From Daphnia carinata (lineage: Eukaryota): a DNA stretch of 64,000 nt. The stretch spans positions 11,904,001-11,968,000 of the forward strand of contig NC_081331.1 of NCBI RefSeq assembly GCF_022539665.2, given 5' to 3'. Shown piece after piece: positions 35,388-52,800 of this stretch. Numbering within the stretch: position 1 is the stretch's first letter; each line of letters begins with the position of its first letter. The translations under genes and the position numbers were made by a program. The notes under the pieces were generated by a model. That model worked only from the letters and a program-made list of their open reading frames with translations. It did not search any database and had not been told where the DNA came from.

Positions 35388-35456
35388 ATCTCGTGGCTCA
35401 ATGTTAGAGCATCGGCGTTGCACGCTGAATGTCTGGGGATCGGTTCCCATACGAGT
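35388..35456 (+). pseudogene. tRNA-like sequence T5, related to T3
   Basis: TGGCTCAATGTTAGAGC A TCGGC-GTTGCAC-GCTGA ATGTC TGGGGATCGGTTCCCA; B box degenerate. Confidence 0.6.
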
Positions 35457-37795
35457 AAAACAAAATACAAAATTACTTCAAAAAATATCCAGATATTACA
35501 CGTTGTTCCTTGAATCTAAGTTGAAGAATTCAAAGAGTGTAATAAATAATAATTGAATGCTTACAGATAAACGATAAACCAATGGAAGCAATGCTTACCA
35601 TAAAAAGTTACAAAAACAAATAAAGCAAAGCAAAAAAAAAAAGTTGATAAATGTAATGTGTGAACACAGACAATGAAAGAAACAAATTTTCCAAAAAATA
35701 TTTTATAAAAAAAATTTTATTGACAATTCTCTGCACATACAATTATTTTTGCAACTTTAAAAGGGCACAATATCCCTTTCAAAAGTTGCCGTCAACCCAG
35801 GCAGGGGGAGACACTGCCTTGTTGACCCACCGGGGAGATTACCCGGTGATTGGCTAAGAGAAGCCGGAAGAAGAGCTGAAGATTTGGAACATTTTTACAG
35901 GAGCGATTAACCTTTAGTTCGGATTTGTGGGTAGCCACGTCGCCCTCCGTGAACACATCATCGGACTAAGCGGCACCCCACGTCCCCTTTCCGGCCAGAG
36001 CCCTCCAAACCTCGGTATATGTTGTTTTTATATATACCGTACAGTAGGGGCATGACCCCCTACGGGCTTATTACGAGTCAAGGGGAAACGGGGCTACGGA
36101 AAGGAAGGGAGCCCAGATATGCACTTCAATTTTTTAAATATAAAATACCGTTTCGGGAATCCGAATGAAGTATAGAAATATCATGTCATCCATCCAATCA
36201 TTACAATTTATTCAGTGTCATGCCCCAACCACGAATTTTTTCAGATCCAATGTTACTATTAACCTACACTGAGAAAAGAAAAACAACACCATTAAGCATC
36301 TCAATTGTTGCTCATGTGACTTACATGACTCATAGATTCAACTTCTGACAGAAGCTTGGGAAAGGCCATACAAATTGTAGATGAAAATCATTGTACAAGG
36401 CTCTTGAATGATAAAATATCACCCGTAGAATGTTGCATTGTTGATAGTTGTGTTCCCAGTATGCTGAAAATCCTTTCCTATTGGATAATTTTTTTTTGTA
36501 GATTAGACATGGTTGGCAAAAAGGAGGAGAAATGCTTTGTCATAAATTCAAAATATTTTCAAGAAAATTCCTTTCATACCTAAAAAGTCCATGTATGATG
36601 TTCATCGCTGCAATGCCAACGAAATGAAACATCTTTAGGGCCATTTAAGTACCTAGCTTCACCAACACTCTGAATGTAAAGGACAAGTTGTTCTTTAGCA
36701 AGAGAGGCAGAATTATTTTAGGCTTCTAGCTGTGACAGAACTATAAAGGATTGCTGTTACACAGGATTCATTCACACAAGATGGTACTTCTCATTAGACA
36801 ATTTGCATACTCTATTACTTTACCTCATACCTTAATGGTAATGCACTTTCAGTGTTTTTCAACTGTAGGCTCACTCTTCCATCCTGTAACACTTTCAGAC
36901 TTGACTTGATCCCCCACTAATATTCTGTGAATGCAAAATAATAGCATTAAAAATACTTTTTCAATAGACAAAAAACCGAAAAGTACCTAATTCATGTTTT
37001 ATGTTGAACTCATGCTATTTCTGGGTTTCCGTACCACACCCATTTTCAGCCCAAATACGGTCCCACAATTGTTCACTTCCTTCGCTGCATGGACTTATTA
37101 CTAACAATTCTTTTACTGCAGCACTAACAGAATTTAACTTTAACACACTGTCAGGTGGTAGACTGAATAACTAAACAATAAATAATTGTTTGTTAAAATT
37201 CTATACTTATTTTGAATTCTTATTTGAAACGTTTAGGTACCTGACTGTGTTCGCCTAATGCCAACTCATCCTCACGTTCAGTTAGGGAAGAGTTTTGAAA
37301 AACCTCCTTCACTGTTTGGAAACTGTTCCGTTCCAATTTGTTCTTTTCTCCTAGCTGAGCTTGTAGACTCAAAATTTGAGCTACAAAACACAAATGAATA
37401 AAAGCAAATAAATAGAATCATTACATATTAGGCCTTACCATCCTTAGCTTTGCTGTTATCTAATATTTTGGGTTGTTCCAATAATTGGGCCTACAGCTTC
37501 ATAATTTGATCTAATAAACAATAATTAATAATTGAAAACCAATATAATAATGTTTATACTTACCATCCTTTTGTTGTATTATCTTATCCATTTTTCAATT
37601 GTTCCTCCAGCCACGCGTTATTCTCTCATCCACGTTACTGAACTAACTGCGAATGGCATCCAATGGACTGAAATTGCCTATGCCAGTAATAACGAGTCTA
37701 AGCGGTAGATGGCTACGTGTCGGAAAAAAAGAAAAAAGTGTGATTTTTTTTTTTTGTGAAATTTTTTTTTTTTTTGTGTAAAATGGATTGCCATA

Positions 37796-38510
37796 GGATA
37801 TGCCCCAAATTGAATGCTGATTCGGGGAAAATTGCTATTTATTTCATGAAGTCAATCGTTTTTTAAATACACTGAATATTTAAACAATGCTAGCGCGCCT
37901 GTACGCTACAGCGCTAACGCGATGAAGCTGAAATCTATCTTTTTTGTCCATTATTTTTGTAACGGCTGGTTTAACAAGAAAACCAATCACAGAATAAAAA
38001 TCAGTGTTCAATTTTGATTATACCCTGTGATTTTTGTCGAATTCTAAGAGTTGTCGTTTTTGGCCGATTTTGACAAAAGTAGGAAGGCTATTGCCTTCTC
38101 ACTTTTTCACTTTTGGCCAAAATTTAAATTTCACTTAAGATACACGATTCCGATTCAGAATTGAATGCTGATCACGGAAATCAAGTTTATTTTCCAATTG
38201 ACCTTATGGTTTTTAAACTAAACGTAAAAAACGAAAAAATAAAGAAAAGTCGGGCTTAAACATTTTAATTGGAAGTCAAATATACTACAAAATTTGACAT
38301 TATACAACTTCTTTAGTGTAAAGAGATTACCTAGTCGGGCTCAAAATTTTTTACTCCAAAAACTCAACACAAAATTGAATGCTGATTCCGAGAAAATTGC
38401 TATTTTTTTCACTTAATCGATTGTGCAATACCTCGAATAATTGACACAATGCTAGCGCGCTAGTATGCTACAGCGCTAGCGCGATGAAGCAGAAATATGT
38501 CTTTTTTTGA
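37796..38510 (+). repeat. Right half of an older repeat family interrupted by the transposon (left half about 32400-32785 = 18705-19092); internally repetitive with a ~565-bp period
   Basis: AATTGAATGCTGATTC..ACAATGCTAGCGCGC..GCGATGAAGC occurs at 37809-37935 and 38373-38495. The GATTTTGACAAAAGTAGGAAGGCTA..AGTCGGGCTTA block is shared with 18828-19035. Confidence 0.8.
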
Positions 38511-38986
38511 CTTAATTAAATACGTGGTATGTATATTTTTATGTGGTGGCATCGAGTAAATGGCTCATGTATTCTCGTCCAGGCGCTTGGAAACATTTAG
38601 CAATATCATTCTAGGGAATATAATCAACCCGATTCACTCCCTAACTAGGGCGAAATCCCGAGTCCCACTAAGTTGAATGTCAAGAGTTACGCAATTTAAA
38701 GATCAGTAGATGTTTTTATTACATGGACGTGGATGACATTAGTAACTAAATCTTACTAACATTCTATGTATTGGACGAATGTAATTCATCAAAATACTGG
38801 ACGGGGAACAATGACTTTTCTTTTTCTTCCTATTGGCTTAAAATCAAACGCGATACTCATGACGTCGACGAGAGAGCTACATAGTTATATCATGGTGGAT
38901 GATATTGGAATATATTTTTGCGTGCAATGGGTTGTAACAAAAGAGAAGGCGAAGGCAAGATTTCCTAAGGAACTCGGTGGTTCTTT

Positions 38987-42956
<3,970 letters not shown>

Positions 42957-43294
42957 TTTTTACATCTACAATCAATGCATGAGGTAACAATTCACGGATG
43001 ATAAAAAAACTAACAAAGGCTGGTATAATGTATTTGGTTTTTTACACTGTCGAGACTGAAGCTGTACTACTGGCCTAACGTCAGAGCAAACCAAACCAAA
43101 ACATTAGACACGTGATGGTCCTCTCAAGAAGGAATTGGTAAACGGTGGACGTAGGCTGCGTGAATGACGACGGTAGTTTGTGGGAAGCCTCTGCGGACGT
43201 CATTTTGCGAACTATTTGGATTAGTTTATGGAAAACTATAGTTTTTGAACTATAGATCAAAAACAAAAAATAAAGTTGGTGCACTGACGGTATT

Positions 43295-43640
43295 TTTTGA
43301 ACGGCTCGTTTCATGAGAAAACCAGTCATGGAATCAAAATCAGCGTTCAAGTTTATGAGTTTTTTCGAATTCAAGAGAAAACTATAGCCTTCTCACTTTT
43401 TCATTTTTGGACAAATTTTAAATTTGGCTTAAAATACATGATTTGGATTCAGAATTGAACGCTGATCACGGAAATCAAGTTTATTTTTCAATGGGCCTAA
43501 TGGTTTTTAAACTAAACGTAAAAAACTAAAAAATAAGAAAAATCGGGCTTAATTATATGTTCGGTCTTAAAATCTTTTGCTCCAAAAACTGACATTCATC
43601 GGAATTGATGGAATGTCACAGGATATACTCAAAATTGTTT
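43295..43640 (+). repeat. Diverged, uninterrupted copy of the repeat family at 18705-19092/37796-38510, upstream of FAN
   Basis: Aligns by eye (TCGTTTCAYGAGAAAACC, CTATAGCCTTCTCACTTTTTCATTTTTGG, CAGAATTGAAYGCTGATCACGGAAATCAAG) and runs through TCACAGGATAT into ACTCAAAATTG. Confidence 0.85.
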
Positions 43641-45462
43641 CCAAAAATGTTTCCAAGCGCCTGGACGAAAATACATGAGCCCTTTACACGATGCCACCAC
43701 ATTGTATACAACTTTTATTTATGCGGCTTGAGATTGAACCCGATAATAAAACCCACTAGCGTGTGAAATCGTGAAATGACAACCAACCAACAAAGAAATA
43801 AAAACAAAACAGTCAGATTTTACTATTGTTAAATTTCCTCTTGTTTCAGGTTTTTTTTTTGTTGTTATACTGCGTTGGTTGCATTGCTCACTTTTGTAGT
43901 AAAAAAATATTGCCTGGTTTGTTATCCCAAGATGTAGACAAAGACGTTGTCATTGTACAAGCAAAGATAGAAGGAAATCCTTTTTCGACGAGTGCATCTT
44001 CCGCCTGCATTGGGTTTCATCGCTTAGCAATTGCACACACGGCGGTGAGTGCGCTAGCTTACGAATTTGATGTTCCAGCACCTATGGAAAACACACAGCC
44101 CACTATCGGCCTTCATCCTCTCTGTCTCCAGGGACTGCGTATCCAGGATCAATATTTGCTTGCAATACCAAGAGAGAATGAGAAGTGTTTCGCCCCGCCC
44201 GGCAACCGACAACAACCGTAACGTATAGCGTTGGTGAGCTGCTTCCAGACAGTTCATTTTTCTTGTTCGTTCTATTTTTCTTTCATATTCTATTTTCAGA
44301 CAAAAATCCTGTTCTTGAACCGTGAAGATTCATTATTGATAGAGCCCTTTTACGGATGAAAGTATCTGACAACGAGCTGATAGGAATAACGCTTGAATTG
44401 AACTGTAAACGACGAACAACACCTATCCATTCGAAGACAAAAAAGCCATTTATCGATAAACACCAACCAAAGCCGAGTAGAAGTAGAAAGTACAATATTA
44501 CAGTCTTAGCTTGTCACCTGTTTCGGAGAGCCAAAAGTCGATGATACAAGCCTGTTCGATATCGTGCAGCTATTTTCGGGCGTCTAGATGCTAGAAATTC
44601 CCGGTATAGACAACGGACGGTCCTCTTTCATAATGTACTTTACTTTGTCATAAACACCATTTGTTGTCTAGTGGACATATTCGTTACTTTGTAAGTTTTT
44701 ATTTTTATTGCACAGAGGAAAGGAAATAAACGACAGAGTCTGCCCGGCGCACAATCACATCAGTTGCATGATGCAATGACTCAGGAAAACGAGCATTCTT
44801 TGTACACATATAATACAGCATACATATGGCGTAAAGTGCACAGTAATGCAACAGAGCATCAGAAGAGGGTTGATCAAAAGAGTTCCATTCTTTCCCGTAT
44901 GCCCTTGCACCGTCATACATCTTCTTGGTGGATTTTTATATAGGCTTCAAGGACGGCTAACAAATCGCCGGACTAAGAGCATCTGTGCAAGAAAAAGAGC
45001 AAGTAAAAAAAAGTTATAATGAAAAAAAAAAAAGAAATGTATAGTAAATACTGATGTAATAAACGCAGGAAATAAGGTCATCGAATGCTTTTATGTTGGC
45101 TATGGTATATTATTCGGCTTCTTTCCTCTTCACTCCGCGTTTTCTAAGGAAATAACTATTCATTTTCCGCCATCATTTGTTGTCTACTGCTGCTGCCCGT
45201 CATCGGGGCGAATGCAGAAAAATAACGAAAACGTATCGGTCGCCGGTTGTCGCTCCGCCATGTATTTATATCTGTGCAGCATTACGGCTATATTCGCGAA
45301 GGATTTAGCGGCCATCGTATTACATAGTAGTTGTACAGCGCAGTAGATGCAGTGCGCACCAGCTTAAACAGCGGGAGCCTTCAAGTTTGATCGATCATGC
45401 TAGAAGGGATTATATATTGGTGCTAAAGCTCTCGCCTCTCTCATTCTCCCCGCTCTCTCCTT

Positions 45463-45564
<102 letters not shown>

Positions 45565-48500
45565 CATTTTCTCCCTTTTTTCTTTCTAATAACCTTTTTG
45601 GGTTAGAAACACAACAAGGCACAACAAGGGGCCTCGGGTCGGATTACTCTATTACCTACACCCAGGCTGCCGTGTAAGAGAGGAATCCTGCCGACCGACG
45701 AATCCTTCTTCGTGACGCATGGTTCGCCATATTTCTTTCGTCCCTTCAAGTGAACGCGTTCGCTATGCTGTACGAACCACCATTTCAACAGCGCACATCC
45801 TTTTTCCTGTTCGTGGACCTGAAGCCATTTTCTTCATTTTCGTCTCTATTTGTTTGCCAGATTGCTTTTCAACAGAGCGGACCATCGAAATATATTACTG
45901 TTCATCACGACTTATTGAGTCGCTCCTAGAAGTGATGAAAAAAAGAATAAAAAAAGGCTGGAAATTTAAAAGGAAAAGAAAGGAGAATGAAGCGTGTCAC
46001 GTGAATTCGCAGCACACGAGCATATCGCCGTTGTTCTTCGTCTTTCCTCTTGTCGTCAAAATCAAACACAACTATTGAAGTTTGACGAAAGCTGTCATTA
46101 CTTTATGCGGTTACACTTATGCATAGATGGTCACGTTAAAGCCGAATCAAGTCCAATTTTAATGTACTGACATCAGAAATTTGTCCCACGCAAATAGCTG
46201 CTCTAAAGCTTGTGTTCCAGATTGATGACGTGTTTTCTCAGTAGGCTAAGGTAAAATTAGCCTCAGTACAAAGCACATGCACTCCAAAATTCAGCAAGGA
46301 AATGATTTCGTTTGATGTTGCATAAGGGATTGCCTTACCACTACAACGAAAGAGGCAAAAAGGAAGGAAGTTGCCGAGACAATCTGACGTCATGACGTAA
46401 TGAAAAATGGCCGAGGCGTCTTCAAGATGTGTATAACTCAAACCGTCAGCGTTGGCTTTCGAAAATTAGTCCAGTTTATAAGAGACAGTGTCAGAGAGAA
46501 AAAAACATGTAAAGATGTGGAGTCAGTTCAGAGTTGTTTGTAGGGCCGCAAAGCTAACTCGTTATTCCCTTTGGTTTCAAGTTTGCTAATACCTTCAGGG
46601 AATTTTACCGAGGGGGCCAACAGAAGTCATTGCCATCATTAACTTTCTTGCGACTTGTTACCCAAAACATATTTCAACCCTTTTAGTTGTAACGCGTATC
46701 TAAAGCAGGGAACGCCTCTTTGCCAACTACAAGTTTTTAATGATCATTTCTGCAGCAATTGCCTCGTTATTTGGAGTGGAGAAGCAGATGTAGAATAACG
46801 TCCAAGAACACTGGGCTCATAAATTGTATCCTTGAATGGGGGTATATGGATTATGTTATGGTAAATAATTGTCAGTTCCACTTACTTCCAGTTTGAATGC
46901 GCTTTCAACTCATGCTGTCTGATGTCGCATTGCGAAATGGCTAGCTTCGCTCACAACCATAGCTAGGCCTGATATCGAATTACTTATTCATGGCTTCTTT
47001 TGCCTACATTACGCTAACGAAACATGAAAACAGACTTATAAAAGCAAAAGCTTCAAAACAAAAAGCAAATCCACATTTTTTTTTTGCATGCTAACCGCGT
47101 TACTTTTGCTGTTGGCAAGCCGATTACGGAACTTGTGTACAACGGGGAAAGCTTATCTTAATAGTGAAGGAAAAATAAAGTTTAGCAAAAAAAGGAAAAT
47201 ATCGCTTATCCACCATCCCACGTATTTTACGAAACAAGCTGAACGAAAACTTAGTTTTGGGAGACGTTCCTCCACATTCGTCATGCTTAGCGCCCGTTAG
47301 AAGTATAAATTAGGTAACGATATCAAGCATACCTTCTCGTACCAAGGGACTCTGGGCTCTAGGAGTAAAAAGCAACTTTCGAGTAATTCTAGTGAAAGCA
47401 GTTTTTTAAAGGCTTGTTTATACAATGGATTTTATTTACAAGTAATATACGGAAGAGGGAAGAAAAATATATTTGTTTTTAAAACTTGATGATTTAATTT
47501 ATTCGAGGAATACCAAAGTGGTGCGTACAGGGAAAAAGTGTTGGAGAACATCGTGAAGGAGTTGCTGCTGAAAGACTAGTTAGAACGTTCGTATTCTTCA
47601 TCACCTGTTTATACATATATACGCTTCTATGGTCAAAATCCATCAGACACCAAAGCTATCAATCGCCTAATCACTTGCATAATGTATTTTCCTCTTTCAA
47701 ACTCCTTCCCCGTTTTCTTCTTTGACCAGTCTCTCATTCACTTACTTCTTACTTTATCAACTGGGTTCCAATAGACTATACGCTTCGTATGAAATCAAAG
47801 TTTGCCTATTCGTTTTTCATAAGATATTCAGAAGCCCCGGGACTGGATAAGAAAAAAAAAAACAATCGAACATTTCCGTTTTGCTTTCTGGTCATATTTT
47901 GTATTCTCATCCCCGTCCATTTTTATTAAAAAATATATTTTCGTTTACAGGCCAACAGATGAAACGTAAAGACCTCTATATTTTCATTTTAGACTTTTTT
48001 GACCGTCTTTTAAGGTGCATTCTGGATCGAAGGGCGCTTGCAAATTGAAGTAAAAAATTGTATTCTAGTCAAGATGAAAATGTGGCTGTGTAATCATTGC
48101 ATTTGACAGAAAAAAAAGACGGATTACAAGCCAAGGCTGCGATTGAACCACCGATGTGGCCTGACGTAAACTGGAAATCAGATTTCCTCCGTCTTTATAC
48201 ATGGCTGTCTTTTTTCCGTTGGCGTTGTGTATAATCTGTTAAATATTTTTTACATAATCATTTTTTAGCTCTTTGAAATACATTTTTCAAGTTTTTACGA
48301 GGCAAGCGGCTGTATAGATTATGATATTTAACTGCTATGCGGGAGAACGGGATCTGTTATCTGATAAAAACTTGACGGCATCCTTAGCACTGGGTTATTT
48401 TCAAGCTGACTGTGCTACATCGGGCATCTAAAATTGGACGTCGTCCATTTTGTTGCGTCAATACACCACAACGATTAAAAATACAACGCTACGCTATGAA

Positions 48501-49844
48501 ACCAAACCAAGCATTAGAACAATTTGGAGAAAAGTTTATTGCAAAGCAAAAAGTATATCCGTCACAAAGACATGCGTCCTCCATAGTAGTTCGTCCCCTT
48601 GCTAGTTCCACCAAAGTCGATTTGGAACGTATCATTCTTTCGCCTTTTCCCTTTTTTCTTCTTTCCCTGAAGCTTCAATTAAGCCGCGTTAAACTATTAA
48701 TGGCTTTCTTTTCTTCTTTCTTTTCATTCCTAAAAAATGCATCGGAAACGGAAGTGCTCGAACAGTGAAGAGGAACGCAGTCACGTACGCATTGCACCAA
48801 CGGCATATTTCTCGTTCTCGAGATTGTGACTAAGGATGCATGAGACGCGATCGGTGAACTGACAACAACTGAATTCGCATTCGATTGTGAATTTCTCTTG
48901 CACTGTCATTGCGGCATCTGATCCTGGTCTACCGCGCTCCTTCAAGTCTTTATAACATTATCAGCTGCATATCCGCTCTCCTTTTAGAAAGAATATTGAT
49001 CTCTGGAGCCACTGATCAAACGGCGAAGAGTATTTGCAAAATAGGAGGCAAAATTGTTTCCCAGGAAATAAAAAATCTTTGAAAACGCGTACAACATATT
49101 AAACAATACGAAATGATTGAGTAACCAGAAAGCAAAAGTTAGAAGCCTAGTTACAGCTGAGCCTAAATTGTGAACTCAAACTCCGAGCAGGTGTTCGAAC
49201 CCAATTTTTCACTACGGGTAGAGCCCGTTGTACAAGCTTTCTTCTTCCTATTATCGATTTTTCTTTTATTGCTACAACCTCTAAAAAAGGAAAAACCGAT
49301 AACCAGCTAATGTTCCTTAACTTAGTTGGACACGCGAGATTTCTCTTTGGGTTTCGGGTCTTTGCGTCTGTCCTTGCACTCTATAGACCAGCTTGTCTAC
49401 ATAAAAATATCAGCAGAGAAGAGAAACATTACGCGTACTTACGTCAATGTCGGTAGTGCATGAAGTCATAATTTAGGGCGCGATTTTGTCAGTTGGAATG
49501 AAGCGGAGCTCTTTTATGCTCTTGGCTGAAAAAATACTGGGTTGTTTTTAATGCACTTTAGGCGAAGAGGGAAACAGCCAGCTGGGATCAACTTGTTGGT
49601 TGTACGCAGTCTCGTCGAGAACTCCCTCCTCCTTCTACACTGGGATTTCTAGTGTATAGGGGCAGAGCACGTTTTTCGCGCCGACGTCCGTCTATGTATG
49701 TAGCTCAAGGGAGGCGAGCCGCTCTTGCTTGTTCGTTGTGTACCGTTGCCATTGACGGTGCGATCTCCCATTCCGACCTCAGTGTCGTTTAAAGTTCCGG
49801 GCCACCCACCTGGCCGCTCTCTTGGCTCCGAATCCGCCAGCTCA

Positions 49845-52800
49845 ATGGACGGAATGGCGGCCATGGATCGCTTAGAGGATTCCATTACCAGTCATACTCT
49901 ACAGTTGAAAGAGTTCCTCGAGAAAGCCAACATTACCGACGACGATCTGGATTATTTTTTCAACTACACAGTTGTGCTGGTCCAAAAAACGGAAACCGTC
50001 ACGTCGTCAACGATTGCTGGGCTGGATAGCGATGTCTCTGCCAGCAACGAGCCTGACCCGATGGACGGCGCGTACACTGGTTGCGGAATGGGTCTGCACA
50101 AACCTTCCGTCCACCTGGTTCATGGTATTTTGAGCCTCATCATCTGTCTTGCCGGTTGTCTAGCCAACATCGTTAATATCGTCGTGTTGAGTCGTCGAGA
50201 ACTGAGACGCAACGCAATCAACCGCATCCTCTGCAGCTTGGCCGTCGCCGATTTCCTGCTAATGCTCGAATACATCCCATTTGCCTGTCACATGTATCTT
50301 TTTCCTGGAAGATCTCTTCAAACTCGCTATTCGTATTCCTGGGCCGTCTTCGTTCTCTTTCACGCCCATTTCACGCTGGTAAGAATACCGTGTCTAGCCT
50401 GTACATTTATACACACTCACACACCGTGTTATCTTTAAAATGCCGATCCTATTGGCATCTTTTATCGTCCCTTTGCTCATAAGACATGAACTATTGATGC
50501 TGTAAGTCCCACAAACAAGATTCAATAGCGTCTCGAACAAGGAACGGCTGTAATCGTTTTATTTCCTGTCCAGAAAGCTTTTTTTGCCCCCACAAATTGT
50601 TATCGGACTGAAAGAGTGGGAGCTACTCCAGATGGCAGACTGTGCTAAAAAAGCAGGCGCTGAAGACCTATTTACCACGTTTCTGAACGAACGTTTTCAA
50701 CGTGAACTGCGTTTTCTGTGTACGTATTTTCAGAAACGGTAGAACTCAATAACACTTCGACTCGTATAGAACTTTTTTTTTCCCCTGTAACGCCCATCCG
50801 TACACTGCCGGTATTGCCTAGAGTAACAGAAAGGAAGGGGTGGGAAAGAGCCCTTGCATGATTAGAATTGCTTTTTTTTTGCGTTGACGCTTCATGTTCG
50901 TTGTATATTTTTATAGGCGTTATATACGTTTCGTTTATGTTATACGCAGCTATAGCGTCTATCCTTCTGCGTCAATATTTGAACGGCGTCAATCCACGAA
51001 GATTGCCTATTTCGACCGTCAAAAAAAGTTTTGTTCTTCTATGTACAGCTACCGCACTTGAGATTATCCAACTTTTTTTAGATGAAAAATTTGGGGATTT
51101 GTATGAAAGTTTACGTCGGTTAGACTACAAAGGAACATGTAGAACTCTAGTTATGGGTTCAGTTGTGCCTATTACTCTTTATACATTGTTGAGATCGACA
51201 CGAACGTCGATTTGCGATAGTCTCGACGGAATAAACAATGAAAAACGAGCACACGCACCGTAACCAGTCGGAAACAACCTACGAAAAGGAGAAAAAAAGA
51301 TCATTGAGCAAAAGTTCTTAGAAACAAAGGTTTTGTATTTTGAAGTTCAGGAGTCACTTGAGGTCCGCCTTGTTTTTTCTGTTCCGTTAAATCGTTTTTA
51401 CACGTCTCTCTCTTCGAATGCTTGGTGCAGCGGAGGACGTGTAGTAGGTTCGAATCAAGATTCAACTTGGAGAGGCAGATTTCAATCAACCCGCCATTAC
51501 TTATTCGGATTTTTCTTTTTTTTTTTTTTTTTGCTGATTTGACAGTCCAAAGGCGAGAAGGAAAAAAAAAATACAAGGACAACCCTTTGTAGGCAAAAAA
51601 AAACAATTCTTATTCGACTCTAAGCTCAGTCACTTCTGCGTCAACCATTTCTCGATTTCGGCAGATCAAAGATTCACTCCTCTATCGGCTATATCGTCGG
51701 AGACGTAACGTTTCGTCTCAACTTTACAATACTAAATTATGCTTTCCCCTGTGGCCAAGAACGTCCTATGGCCCGTTCCAGCTGTCGGCACATTTTTTTT
51801 TTTAACGCTATTTTCAAGTGCATTCAAGAAAATGGATGTTTTCAGAATGAAATGCTGGAAAGAATTGTCTACAACGACAATTTTTTCTGAATCTTAAAGT
51901 CGACGCTGACACGGTGTTATTCAAAATCGAAGATAGGACTCGCATACGTATATGTGCCACAATGGGATCTGTGCAGACACCATCTGACTGTGCTATGCAA
52001 TCAACGAAGTAGACGTGGCTGAAATTTAGCAGAATCCAAGACAAAATTGACTAACAGACGGAATACTATGCTGGCCTATAGAAACGAACGAAACCTTTCT
52101 TTCTAACATCCGATTGCTACGCATTTACCAACAATAGTTGTGGCTTCACTTTTCATCGTATCATTCTGATATGTCATGTAATTTGTTCCATCACTTCACC
52201 CAATCTCATGGTTTTAACGACTCGTGCCTTTTATCTCCTTTTCACTGCAATCATCATGCGTTGATTTTCCCCAAATCTCTAGCGAATCATTAAGCTGTCG
52301 TGACGTTCAAGGAACAAAGAAAAACGAAGGTAAAGACGGTCTACAGCTTTCATTGCGTTCTATGCATCAGCAATCAATCGAGGAGGAAATTCATTATAGA
52401 TAATGATTTTTCTTCTCTTTACCAGAAAACTTGAATTGACAGCACAGTGCCATCTTAAAAGGAGTGAGCACGAAACGATGGCACAATCTCTTCGATAACG
52501 TCATATAATGATGCAACGTCAGTCAACGCAAGACTGCAGCGAATCCCCCCAACGCTTGTTTACCATATTGCATCGTTGAGCCAATAGCTGACATGCAAAA
52601 AAAAAAAAACAATCAAAACAATTCCACACAGTATTGATTTAACTTTTTCACGAGTATTTCCCTACCTCTATCCCTATCCGATGAAGTGGCAAAAAAACAA
52701 CAGGGAAAAACTTCAGAATAGTATACACAAAACCTTTGGTTCTATCTGGCTTTGCCAAAGTAAATAAGGCAATGCCGATGTAATCCTACCAACTACGGAG

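Larger units (their letters stand above)
32786..37795. mobile_element. 5.0 kb palindromic (foldback) derivative of the same transposon: two ~2.25 kb left arms, ~0.5 kb spacer, 6-bp TSD GGATAT
   Basis: 32786-35030 is the reverse complement of 35555-37795 with scattered differences. GGATAT lies at 32780-32785 and 37796-37801. An uninterrupted paralogous site with a single GGATAT is at 43621-43626. Confidence 0.88.

Noticed and set aside
21318..35456. Functional tRNA genes
   Set aside because: Every head has a broken acceptor or anticodon stem or a non-canonical loop, so they are reported as tRNA-like only.
43826..44221. 131-aa ORF with faint resemblance to a Tc1 transposase N-terminus (..EGNPFSTS..)
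   Set aside because: No DDE motifs, TIRs or TA TSD found; cannot be supported without a database search.
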